From: Eledone cirrhosa
Taxonomy: Eukaryota
Assembly: GCA_964016885.1 (NCBI GenBank)
Contig: CAXHJY010000707.1
Location: 1-54,173, forward strand
Length of the DNA stretch: 54,173 nucleotides
Direction of reading: 5' to 3'
The position numbers and the translations under genes were made by a program. The stretch's first letter is position 1. Each line of letters starts with the position of its first letter. Below the pieces are notes generated by a model. The model made no database searches, was not told where the DNA came from, and saw only the letters and a list, made by a program, of their open reading frames with translations. This document shows positions 14,361-25,347 of the stretch, piece after piece.

Positions 14361-17196
14361 TCGTCAACAATAGATGGTGGTACTCTCTCAAGAAAGCAAT
14401 TAGAATAGAATCGATAGGGTATAGCAGAGAGTTAGCCTTAGAGAAAAACAGAATAGAAAGAGAACTAGTAGCCAAGGTAGAGGAGGCACTTAGAAGTGGC
14501 AACGCGGCTAGAGTGTTAGCATCGAGAACGGCACTGGACGAGTTCTTTGATGCGAAACACGAAGGCTGCGTGGTCAGAAGCAAAACACGTGCTCTAGGAA
14601 ACGAAGGAGTGAAAGCTGTCAGCTGGGCCCGAGTGGCGGAAGCAAAAAGTAACAAGTCCACAATTCGGTCTTTGAAAGACCAAAACGGACGCGTGCTATT
14701 TGAGCCCAAGCAAATGTGCGCGACCTTACAGCGGCACTTTGCGCAGAATGACGGTGAGCCGAACGGGGCAATGGACTTTAGATCATACCTCGATGGCCTG
14801 CCACGTCTCTCGAACACGGACGGTGAGTTCTGCGAAAGACCGATCACGGATACTGAGATACGGCACGCTCTGGGCCGCTGCGGGAAACGCAAGTCACCCG
14901 GTCTAGATGGTCTACCCTACGAGTTTTACATAGGCATGCCGGACTTGTTCTCTGGCATCCTCGAAGCCGTCTACTGCAATTGGCAGCAGAACGGGAGAAT
15001 TCCCAGTTCTGCAGGCAAGGGCGTAGTAACGCTGATCAGGAAAGACAAGAACAAGGGGGACGAAATTAACAACTTCAGGCCCATAACTCTGCTCAACACA
15101 GAGTTAAAGATTTTGGCCAAGGTGCTAGCGACGAGGTTGGCGCTTGTCATCAAGAACCTGGTAGGGAAAGTGCAAATGTGTGCAATCCCGACCTGGTCCA
15201 TACACGACAATCTCCACCTCATGCGATACATCATAGAGAGGGTGGGTAGTAAACCCAGCTTCGGTGGGGCTCTGATCAACTTGGATCAGTCTAAGGCATT
15301 CGATAGGGTCGACCATCGATACTTGGAAGCGGTTCTCAAGGCGGCCAGTTTCGGTCCCGTGTTCAGAGGATGGATCAAGGCGATGCACACCAGCATCTGC
15401 TCGAGGGTCAAGGTGAACGGCTACCTATCGGAGCCGTTCACAATCACGCATTCCATTCGACAGGGGTGCCCTCTCTCCTCCATTCTGTATGTATTGACTC
15501 TAGAGCCACTACTGCAGAAATTGGAGCTGTTGCAGGGCATCCCTCTAGAACCGGGACTGTGCAAAGTGGCGTCGGCTTATGTCGACGATGTGATGGTAAT
15601 GGTGTCGAGCACCTGGGAAATCGGGGTGATCGGCAACTTACTGAAAGAATACGAAACGCTGACAGAAGCAAAACTAAACCCGAACAAGTCGGTCGGTTTG
15701 CAACTCGGTATGTGGAGGCAAACCGATGACGTCCGACAGCGTCGTTGGACGCTGGACAGACGGACCGGTGAAATTGCTCGGGGTCTGGTTCGGTCCAGAC
15801 CTCCAGGTGGAGAAAAACTGGAACGAGGTCACGGCCAAGGTGTTTGCACTCACTCAGAAGTGGGCAGAGTGCAAACTGTCCTTGAAAGGTCGAGCGGAAG
15901 TGGCGAACACTTTCATAGCATCCGTCATCTACTACCGCTTGACTGTCGTGCCTTGTCCCCGTGAACACCTCGCCAAGATGGAACGCATGCTCTTCCAGTT
16001 TCTGTGGAAGGAGCAGGCTCCGCTGGTGTGGAGATCCGTCTGCTGTCAGCACCCTTCCAACGGAGGACTGGGAATGCCGTGGCTGATGATGCACAAACAT
16101 GCGCTGAGGCTGCGGCATCTCCAGGTATTCCTCACAGACCCCCAACCGGTGTGTGCACCGTTTGTGAGACACGCTTTCCCACAGCTCGTCTCGCTGACAG
16201 AGTTGCAGTCCTGGGTCAAGAAAAGACCGAAAACGATGGGCGCCTGGCACATTGAATGCGCTCAGGCGCTCACAGTCCTCTGGCAAGCGGGCGCAGCAAT
16301 CAGTGGAGACTCCAACTCGACATTCTATAGAGGGATTGTACGTTACAAGGGCGACGACGTGCTCAGAGAGACTCTGGGCGTCGAAGACGATGAACTCACC
16401 AGTCTGTTTGGTAGGACTTTCCGCCCGGGACTTATGGACAACTTCCAGAGGTCCCTGGCCTGGCAGTGCTACTGAGGAGCTCTACCGGTTCGTGACAAGA
16501 TCTACAGGCACGGACGCCCCGGCAGGGATCCTTCCAAGAAGACGTGTCCAAGATGCGCGCAGGACATTGAAACAGTCCTGCACGCAATTGTACACTGCCT
16601 GGGCGTAACCGACCTGTGGAACTATGTAGAACAACTGCTGTCGCGTATGGGACAAATCCAGTTGACTGCCGAGTCCATAGTAAGGATCAAACCACCAGCC
16701 TCTTTCAACACGAAAGAGAGGCGGTTTTCCTCTGTACGGTGGCTATGGTGAAAGAAGTTATATGGTGGACGAGGTTGAGAGGACTGAAGACAGATACCTT
16801 TCTCTCCAGACAACAATTGATTCCCTTCTTTAAGCATCACTTTAGAAGGAGAATCAGGGTGGAGAGAGAGGCACTGCACCCCAGTAAATTTACTGAAAGG
16901 TGGGTGAATGAAGCGAAAATGGCCCGAGTGATTGGGCCTTCTCTGTTTATAAGCCTGTAGGTTGAAGAAGAGAGCAAAAGGAAGAAAGGAGCACTTGCAC
17001 AACACGCTCCTGGAGTTGAGGGTTGTTCTATCGACGGGGTATTAAACAACCCATTTGTGGCGCCTCCCCCCTATTGGGGATTTCGATTGTTGTAATTGTT
17101 TGCTTTTATATTTTTTACACGACTGTATGTAAAATCCCCGGCATGTCTTTGTATTGTCCGCTTTTCTTGTGTGCCCTTGTGGCTAATAAAGAAATA
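14361..17196 (+). mobile_element. 5'-truncated L1/Tx1-clade LINE with disrupted ORF2 (RT + CCHC zinc knuckle)
   Basis: RT motifs KSPGLDG, FRPITLLN, LDQSKAFDRV, RQGCPLS, AYVDD. Frameshift at ~15722, TGA at 16473-75 (likely CGA>TGA), then CPRC-x8-HAIVHC, a second frameshift at ~16700 and a stop at 16960. Short 3'UTR ends AATAAAGAAATA. Candidate TSD TATCTATAT at 14352-60 and 17197-205. Confidence 0.93.
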
Positions 17197-17241
17197 TATC
17201 TATATAATATAAGATCAAAAGATGGTTAAAAGAGTTCCAAG

Positions 17242-17312
17242 TATTTTATTATGCGCATTTCAAAAACAAATATCATCATGGGATGATATCTGCGTTCTCA
17301 TCAGATAAAATA
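17242..17312 (-). ncRNA. Type I hammerhead ribozyme in a Penelope-like pseudo-LTR remnant (~17206-17390)
   Basis: Minus strand reads TATTTTAT-CTGATGA-GAACGCAGATATCATC(CCAT)GATGATATTTGTTTTT-GAAA-TGCGCA-TA-ATAAAATA. Helix I is 8 bp perfect, helix II has 15/16 pairs including G.U, helix III is the palindrome ATGCGCAT, the cleavage triplet is AUA and an AATAAA overlaps the 3' end. Confidence 0.88.
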
Positions 17313-17964
17313 GGGATACATGATATGAAGCTTAAAAAACACTTGTGAATAGTGAAGTTTTAAATCAACATAAAACTCACCTCCTACATTATCTATCTCT
17401 ATATATATATATACACACACATATACTATGCATATATAAGTTATTTAAACATAAAATATAAACATAATCATTTCTTATCAAAGAAGGAATAAAATGAATG
17501 CTCTAGAAATAGCCATGAAAATAATAATGATAATAATAATGTGAAAGGGTTGATATATCTTAGATATATTTAAAGTTACATCAATCAGGTATATGTTTAA
17601 TTGGTGTAAAAGATATAGATGTAGATATAGAAATAAATAAAACCATTTTTACCATTCTTACACATTATATCACTTAAAAGGAATCATCATTATATATCTA
17701 TTATTCCTTCCAGAAGAATAAATTATACTCTTGTTATATATATATATATGTGTGAGTGTGTGTGTCCCACCTCCACAATTCAAAACGTCCTCTCACTCTC
17801 TCCTCCCTCCAGGTGATGACTTCCTTAACTAGTAATATGTAGCTACCAATGCTCCCCCATCTACAGAGTCACTTCCAACTTACTCTCACCTTCCCCCCTC
17901 TCCCACTCAGATCACTGCCTCTCCCTGCCCAGCTGAAAACACCACAACATTCCCTAGCTTTATT

Positions 17965-18290
17965 CTACAGTACACTTTGTAAAGTGGTAGTGCTGGTTTC
18001 ACAACAAAACTGAACCCAGTACACTCTGCAAAGTGGCACTACTGGTGCCATCACAAAATGCACCAAATACACTCTGTAAGGTAGTAGTGCTAGTGCCATC
18101 ATAAAATACACCAAGTACACTCAGCAAAGAGGTCAGCATGAGGAAGGACATCTTGCTGTAGAAACCATGTCAAAATATGGGACACAAGTACAAGATATAG
18201 TTCTCTGAATAACTATCTTCGGATTGTGACGCCCCATCCAACCCATCCCAACATGGAAAGCCGACACAAAATGTTGATGAGAAGGATGAT
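17965..18290 (+). repeat. ~48-bp tandem repeat (3-4 units) running into a SINE/RTE-type 3' tail
   Basis: Repeated TACACTCTG(T/C)AAAGTGG..TGCTGGTGCCATCA..AAA units, followed by GGAAGGACATC..GCTGTAGAAA..CCCATCCCAACATGGAA and (GAT)n, resembling the RTE 3' ends in this window. Confidence 0.6.
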
Positions 18291-18485
18291 GATGATGATT
18301 GTGGTGATGGTGGCAGTGATAACGGTGATAATGATGACAAAGGTGATTATGTGGGTGATGTTGATGATGGTAATGATGATGACAATGAGTGATGATGGTG
18401 GTGGTGATGATGATGATAAAGGTGATGATTGTAATGACAAAGATGGGAATGAATATGATGATGGCAGTGGTGATGATGGTGATGT
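18280..18485. repeat. Degenerate (GAT/GGT)n microsatellite
   Basis: Seen directly. It explains the His/Asp/Met-rich spurious ORFs. Confidence 0.9.
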
Positions 18486-18647
18486 TTATCTCCCTTATTC
18501 TCTGTTTTACAAGCAGAATCTCCAGTGCGTAATAAAAAATATAAAAATACTCCAATATGTCTGTTTATAAATTCAGTTTTAGTGAAGATATTGGCATCCA
18601 GAAATAGTATGATTGTGATTATCTCTACATAGATTTTTCCTATATAT

Positions 18648-19184
18648 CATCATCATCATCATCATCAACGTTTAACGTCCGTGTTCCACGCTTGCATGGG
18701 TTTGGACGGGGGTAGTCCCACTTGAGGCAAGAGTGATTGTCTTGCTCGCATAGGACTGTCTGGCAGGTTTTCTACAGTTGGATGCCCTTCCTAACACCAA
18801 CCACATTTACAGTGTGGGTCTGGGAGGTTTTTACCGTGTTGCCTACACGGCCACATTACAGCGTGGACTGTGTGTTTTTTTGTCGTGACACCTACACGAT
18901 CTCGTTTGTTTCGGCCTGGATGGCGCGGCACCAACATAACTTTACATGGAACGGGGTGGTGTGGATGGGGTGGGGGTGGTGGCGGGACAGGGTGTAGTTT
19001 GTTAGAGATGCCTACTGGCAAGGCGGGTCTTCTCTGTTACTGAGTACCGCCAAAGGTCACGGTCCAGTGACATTGTCTTGGAGAGGTGTAAGTGTATGAG
19101 GTCGGAGTTTATCAGCTCATCCCATGTTTTTCTAGGTCTGCCTATTCCGTGGCTACCGTCTATCTTTATTGCCCTGCACTTTGT
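18648..19184 (-). mobile_element. RTE-type LINE 3' fragment with (GAT)n tail
   Basis: Reverse complement of 33460-34038 with few differences. Encodes the C-terminal GRPRKTW motif. (CAT)n at 18648-67. Confidence 0.88.
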
Positions 19185-19256
19185 AATATATATATACTGA
19201 AGTAAAAGTTAAGTGGAAATATCCAAGAGTAAGAGCACTCAGTCCATAGTGACATA

Positions 19257-19308
19257 AACAGGTACTCAAGTTTCGTTGGGTTCTTGGCCCCATTTTCTTC
19301 AGCCTGTC
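19257..19308 (-). ncRNA. Type I hammerhead ribozyme (left arm of palindrome)
   Basis: Minus strand reads GACAGG-CTGAAGA-AAATGGG(GCCAAGAA)CCCAAC-GAAA-CTTGAG-TA-CCTGTT. Helix I 6 bp, helix II TGGG/CCCA with unpaired base, minimal helix III, GUA cleavage triplet. Confidence 0.75.
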
Positions 19309-19330
19309 ATGAGAAAAACAAGAAAAAAAT

Positions 19331-19382
19331 GACAAGCTGAAGAAATTGGGGCCCAGAACCCAACGAAACATGAGTACCTGTT
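19331..19382 (+). ncRNA. Type I hammerhead ribozyme (right arm of palindrome)
   Basis: GACAAG-CTGAAGA-AATTGGG(GCCCAGAA)CCCAAC-GAAA-CATGAG-TA-CCTGTT. Helix I 5/6, helix II TTGGG/CCCAA, GUA triplet with cleavage after 19376. Confidence 0.72.
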
Positions 19383-20739
19383 TATGTTACTGCTGTAATT
19401 ATTATATATAATGATGGCAATAGCATTGAACATTTTTAATTTTTGGAGTCCAGAATTGGATCACCAGATATATGAACGATCATATAAACTGGGAAATTTG
19501 AACTTTGATAAATGAATAGCTTGCATAATTGAAACCCTATAGTTTATGTTGATAACTGATACATGGAAGCCATTAAAAATAATGATATTTTAATAACTTA
19601 TTTTTAGGATATAATTACATAAATGTTAAACATGTATGTACAAATGACATACAAGATGAAATGTATAACTTTGGAGAAATAACTATTTACAGTGACAAAC
19701 GTAAGGTTAAAATCCAGGACCTTGTGGTTGGAAAGGGAACTTCTTATAGCTACATGACTGAGATAGGAAATGGATTGTATATGTGTGTGTGTCAGTAAAT
19801 TTTAAAGAGTTACAGACAGAGATATATATATACAAACACACGTGGCTTATTAATATGATTGATATATTTTGTGATGGCTTTATCTTATGTTTTTGTAGCT
19901 TCAGGTAAGAAATGGCTTTGATCTTGCGTTGTAATCAATAATTCTTTGGATTTCTCTGTGAAACAAGTCAGTGTCGAGTTAATTTATATATTTTTACATC
20001 CCAATTTGTGGGTAAATGTGTCGTCAATGGTTACATCTTTACAATCGGTCTAACAACTAACTCCCTACATTTCTATGGTCACAGTGGCAGGCTTCCTTTC
20101 TTCATAAATATCTCTTTTTGGTTTTTATTATTTTGTGCTTGTTTTTCTTTTATTCTTTTCAGTATATTGTTTACTGGGCAGCCATTCTTTTTCTCTCTTT
20201 CTATGTCTTTCACATCATCATCATTTAATGTCAGTTTTCCTTGATAGCAAGGGCTGGATGTGTCATCACAGACTAAGTCAGTACTCAAGCAGAGTTACGG
20301 ACCTCACATATTGGCTGGGAGTCTACATCTCAGTTACATACATTCTTGTGCACCACCAAGTGTATTTTATCATGGCACCAGTAACGAGGAGGTTGCCATG
20401 TCTTTGACACAACTGAAGAGTCCTCCCTATCGTTTACTTGGCAGGGATGTTTTATAGATGTCCTTCCTATAAATAATCACTTTACTGAATGTGTTTATCA
20501 TGTAGATCACAAATACTAGAGAGGTTGTTGAGTTTGTTTTTGTCACAGCTGAAGAGTCCTTCAGATCCTTTGATGGGCAAGCATAGCACTTTATATGAGA
20601 AGATAAAGAAGTTTCCCTTTATTTATTTTAATTAATTCAAATTTGTGTGGATTAAATATGCAAACAAAAAGTGACATAAACAGCCTATCAGGTAGTTGTT
20701 CTCAACATCATTGATGGAATTATATAATATAATTATTCA

Positions 20740-21150
20740 GATATTGAATCTTCGAGTATGGTACAAGGTTCCAAGGATTGACGGAGTAATTTAGTATAAA
20801 TAGAGTATTAGAAAACACTAGGCAAGAAGAAAAGAGATTTAAAGAAAGATTTATTACATTATATCACCTAACATGTGTTTCATTACTGTTACACAATCAT
20901 CTACAAGAGCTGAATAGGAGTATTCTTTTCCTTATTTACTCACTTGCATTATGTCTGTGTTCAGTGAATCATCAGAGGTAAATGAAATAATTGAAGATAA
21001 TATGTCATTACAAAAATAATTTAGGTATATTTGTGTACAAAGAGGAGGAAGTTGCTTGGGTTAGAAATGTCATTGGTTGAAAGGAATTTTTTATATAGTT
21101 CAAAGAAGACCATTTTAGGAAACGGGGGTGGCTGTTGTCATGAAATGAAG
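20740..21150 (-). mobile_element. Probable Penelope-like pseudo-LTR remnant
   Basis: Minus strand carries TATATAAA and CCAAT, then a hammerhead core, then AATAAA (20855-50). Boundaries approximate. Confidence 0.55.
20864..20981 (-). ncRNA. Hammerhead-like motif with an 87-nt helix II domain
   Basis: TTACCT-CTGATGA-[87 nt; ACTG/CAGT and ACACAG/TTGTGT pair at the base]-GAAA-CACATG-TT-AGGTGA. Helix I 6 bp including one G.U, GUU triplet. Confidence 0.55.
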
Positions 21151-21159
21151 CTAGACATG

Positions 21160-21319
21160 AAATCAACACAGCTTAATTATATGATTTATGGGCTAAGATA
21201 GGAGAAACAAAAGGATTGAAATAATGAGAAATTTATATTACTAAATCCCTTCAAATTCATGATTATTTCAAAATCAGAGGCTGTGTCTACCATTAGAAAT
21301 ATGGTAAAGAAAGGGTTAA
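21160..21319 (+). mobile_element. Partial TTAA-MITE (family B) right end
   Basis: Ends CATTAGAAATATGGTAAAGAAAGGG-TTAA, matching the ends of copies at 37945-38179 and 46160-46497. Confidence 0.65.
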
Positions 21320-21459
21320 TAACTGTAGATTTAGATATGTTGTGTAAATAGATACTCTTGGTTAAATCACAGGGCGTCTTAGCTGTAGTGGCAGTTCCTA
21401 GGTCTTTGTACTAAAGTAGACTATATTGTCTTTATTAGTCAGCTTTTGTACAATAGGAA

Positions 21460-21612
21460 GATATCAAATTGTCAGAGTCATTAGGGCATCAGATTATATG
21501 CCTCAGTATTTGTTTGGGCTCTCTGTGCCCCGAGTTCAATTTCCCCTGAGGTCAGCTTTGCCTTTCATCCTTTTGAGGTTGATAAATAATGTCCAGCACT
21601 GAGGTCAATTCT
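21460..21612 (+). mobile_element. SINE copy (core GAGTTCAA..GAGGTC..CTTTGCCTTTCATCC)
   Basis: Shares its core with 33280-33398 and the reverse copies at 30750-31160. Confidence 0.7.
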
Positions 21613-22090
21613 TTATAGCTCTTTCCCACTTCATCTCTCTCCCCTTTCTCTCAAAGAAACCAGCCTACAGAAGAGATGGGGTTCACCATGTTTAAATGTT
21701 CAAGATATGCCATGTGTCATGATGGTACCACTATGATTCTATCAAGAGTAAAGGATCCATGGATGTCTCACTTTCTCTCTCTATCACCTCTAGAAGAAAT
21801 TGGCGATATTCAGACAAGGAGAAAGAATGGGTTCATCCAGGTTTAAATTACTCCATCTAGAGTTAAGGGACCGTTTCATAAAATTACTAATAAGAACTAG
21901 CACAGGTGGCACCATTTCTCAACTACTCTGATTTATCATTACTATTGTAGCTATATTTAATCAAGTATATATTTGAGAGGGAGCGAGATATAAACATTTT
22001 GAGATTCATTTGAATTCTTTGATAAATAACGTTTCTTAAAATTCATGGAGATATTTGATACTAGCCCAATGTTTGTTTAAAGATGTTATA

Positions 22091-22127
<37 letters not shown>

Positions 22128-22306
22128 GGGTAGTGGTGATGATGGTGGTGGTGGTAGTTGTAGTGCTGGAAATGATTGTCAGATGGTTTGTATGAACACC
22201 TCATGTAGTTGCCAAAAAGATTGGCCATTGATTAACAAAAAACATAAACAAATATGGCACAAGCAAACTGAATTTAGGGAATGGCACAAAACAGATAATT
22301 GTGGTG

Positions 22307-22570
22307 CATCTCTCTCTCTCTCTCTTTCTCCCTCTCTCTCTCTATATATATATATATTATATATATATATATATACATATATATATACATATATATATAT
22401 GTATATATATATATACATATTATATACATATTTGTATGCACAGACACACAGACACACACATATATATATGTGTGTGTATGTGTGTGTGTAGTTGTGTGTG
22501 TATATATATGTGTGTATGTGTGTATATATATATATTTATATGTATGTGTGCGTATTTATATATATATGTA

Positions 22571-22616
<46 letters not shown>

Positions 22617-22730
22617 TATATACATATATATATATATACATATATATATACATATATATATATATATACATATATATAAGTATGTACACGTACATACATA
22701 TATGTATACAGACATACAGTAGTATGTATA
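22307..22730. repeat. Compound (TC)n/(TA)n/(TG)n microsatellite
   Basis: Seen directly. Source of the Y/I/V/C-rich spurious ORFs. Confidence 0.97.
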
Positions 22731-24280
22731 TCATCATTATCATCATCATCATCATCATCACTGTTTTACGTCCGTTCTTCCACGCGAGCATGGGTTAGAC
22801 GGGTTGTCCTGTTGTGGGCAGTGTCTGGTCGGCTGACCATGCCTTGCTCATACAGGAACTGATCTGGCTTGATTTCAACAGCTGGATGCCCTTCCTAACA
22901 CCAACCTCATTTACAGTGAGTGCTGGGTGCTTTTTCGTGGCGCCTACACGTCCACTTTACAGTATGGGCTGGGTGCTTTTTTGCCATGGCACCTCCACGA
23001 CCACCTTGCGGTGGGAGGGTGTGGGGGCATATTGTCTATATGCTTCAGCTTGTACCCATGGGAGGTCGGGTACTCTGTATTACTGCGTGACGCCAGAGGT
23101 CACGGTCGTGTGTCATTGCCTTTGAGAGGTGTAATTGGGTAAGGTCGGCTTTTATCACCTCATCCCAGGTCATCTTGGGTCTCCCCACTCTGCGGTTTCC
23201 ATCAACTTCTAGTGCTCTGCACCTTTTTATGCAGCTGTCATCCTTCATACGCATCACATGTCCATACCAGCGCAACCGCCTCTCCTGCACACAGCATTTG
23301 ATTCCTCTTATGCTCAGTCTCTCTCTCAATTCATTTATGCTTCGTCATTCACGTATATTACTGTTACACATACATCGGAGCATGCAGGCTTCGTTTCTCT
23401 CTAATCTACGTAAGTCTTCCACCTTCAGCGCCCAGGTCTCACTACCATGCAACATTGCTGTTCGGATACACGCATCATACAGTCTGCCTTTCATTCTGAG
23501 GGAGAAGCCTTTTGCAGCTAGCAGTGGTAGTAGTTCCCTAAACTTCTTCCATCCCGTTCTTACCCTAGTTATTGTACTTTCTGAACACCCATCTCCGCTG
23601 CTAATTCGGTCACCTAGGTAGCAGAAGCTGTCTACTGTTTCTACAGAGCACTCCCAGAGATTGGTGGTACTTGTTTCCTGTGGCTGTTTGCTGCTTGCTG
23701 TCTCAGCACAGCTGCTGCATGTGAAGCCTACATTCTTAATTAAGCTTCCTGAGATCCCGCTACATCTCTTGTGTACCCATTGTTTGCATTTGGGAGAGAG
23801 AATGGAGTTCCTACCTACACCTTTCCTACATACTGAGCAAGGCCATTTCCCTGAGGGGATCTGGGTTCTGTTTTCTTGTCTACTTACAAGGACCTTAGTC
23901 TTTGTCATGTTGACTTTGAGACCCTTTCTTTCTAGTCCCTGCTTCCAAGTTTGGAATTTATTCTCTAGTTCTACCATAGATTCAGCTATGAGTGCGAGGT
24001 CATCAGCATACAGGAGTTCCCATGGGCATCCGATCTTAAACTCCTCCATTATTGCCTGCAGGACTATGATGAACAGGAGGGGCTAAGAACAGAGCCCTGG
24101 TGGACCCCAACCTGTACTCTAAATTCCTTGCTATACTCATTGCTAATCCTAACTTTTCAGACTGCTCCCCTATACATGGCTTGTACAGCTTTCACAAGCC
24201 ATTCATCTACTCCTAGTTTTCTAAGAGCCCACCAGATTACAGCACGTGGAACTCTGTCAAACGCTTTCTCAAGGTCGACA
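22730..24280 (-). mobile_element. 5'-truncated RTE-type LINE (RT C-terminal half with internal Cys-rich finger)
   Basis: Minus-strand peptides FVDLEKAFDRV, VHQGSVLSP, LLYADDL, FCYLG, MLHGSETW, RLRWYGHVMR and GRPKMTW, with frameshifts. The 3'UTR ends in (GAT)n. Confidence 0.93.
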
Positions 24281-24950
24281 AATTCTGAGGACATTCAGGA
24301 CAAGAGACCCAGAAACCATGTTGGTCGTCTGGAGGACTTTTGTCCTCAGCTGACTGGACTATTGCTCTCAGCTGTGGTCGCCTCACAATGTCAAACTAAC
24401 TGCAGAACATGAAGCAATCCAACGAAACTACACCAAGAAGCTTGCTTTAATGAAAGAGATGAGCTACTGGGAGAGGATGAAAAAACTAAAGCTTTACTCC
24501 TTAGAGCGAAGACAGGAAAGATACGCAGTGATATACGTATGGAAGATCCTGGAAGGGTTAGCACCAAACTTCGGCATTGAAGGCAAGATTGGCCACCAAA
24601 CAGGACGCCATTGTGTAGTGCCAAAGGTCCCATCCGTCGCATCAAAGATAAGGACCACATACTGCAATAGCCTGGGATTGAAGGAACCCTGGCTTTTTAA
24701 TTAAGCTATCAAAAAATCTAAGAGATCTGCATGGTCTGCATGTAGATGTTTTTAAGAGACATCTCAACATTCTACTGATAAAGATCATGGATGAACCCAC
24801 AGCACGATGCGAATCGCAAATAAGAGCAGCAGCAACAGACACCCTTTTGCAGCAATGGCCAACCAAGGAAGGCTGGCTATAGAAAGTGCAGCATCAATGG
24901 TGGTGTTCTAGCATGGTCTCAGCCCCTCGGCTGGAACACGTAATAGATCA
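24281..24950 (+). mobile_element. CR1-group LINE 3' fragment
   Basis: Peptides ILRTFRTRD, LDYCSQLWSP, EAIQRNYTK and SYWERMKKLKLYSLERRQER..VWKIL match the CR1/L2-group ORF2 C-terminus. Contains stops and frameshifts. Confidence 0.82.
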
Positions 24951-25191
24951 CCTATTATCGATTTTGGAAAACATCTCAAGAACATGATTTCCTCCATCAG
25001 TATGTGGCATTAAAATCGCTGGTTTGCATTCCTTTTTTTCGTTTCCAGAAACAGATCTGTCTATGCGAGTAAAGACCATTTTAACACCCAGAAGTATGTA
25101 TTTAAATTTACTTATTTGTTCTTTATATACATATGTACAAAATACCAATTTGTTTTCCAATTGATAAATCCTGTTATATATCGTTTATAAT

Positions 25192-25206
25192 TGTGCGTGT
25201 GTGTGT

Positions 25207-25273
<67 letters not shown>
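25192..25273. repeat. (TG)n microsatellite
   Basis: Seen directly. Confidence 0.98.
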
Positions 25274-25274
<1 letters not shown>

Positions 25275-25347
25275 TGCATGTTTAAACAATAATGTATATG
25301 TAAATGATAATATATCAATATATATGTATGTGTGTATATATATATAT

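Noticed and set aside
15444-16286. 280-aa antisense ORF and other overlapping ORFs in the Tx1 element
   Set aside because: Shadow ORFs of GC-richer coding DNA with no motifs.
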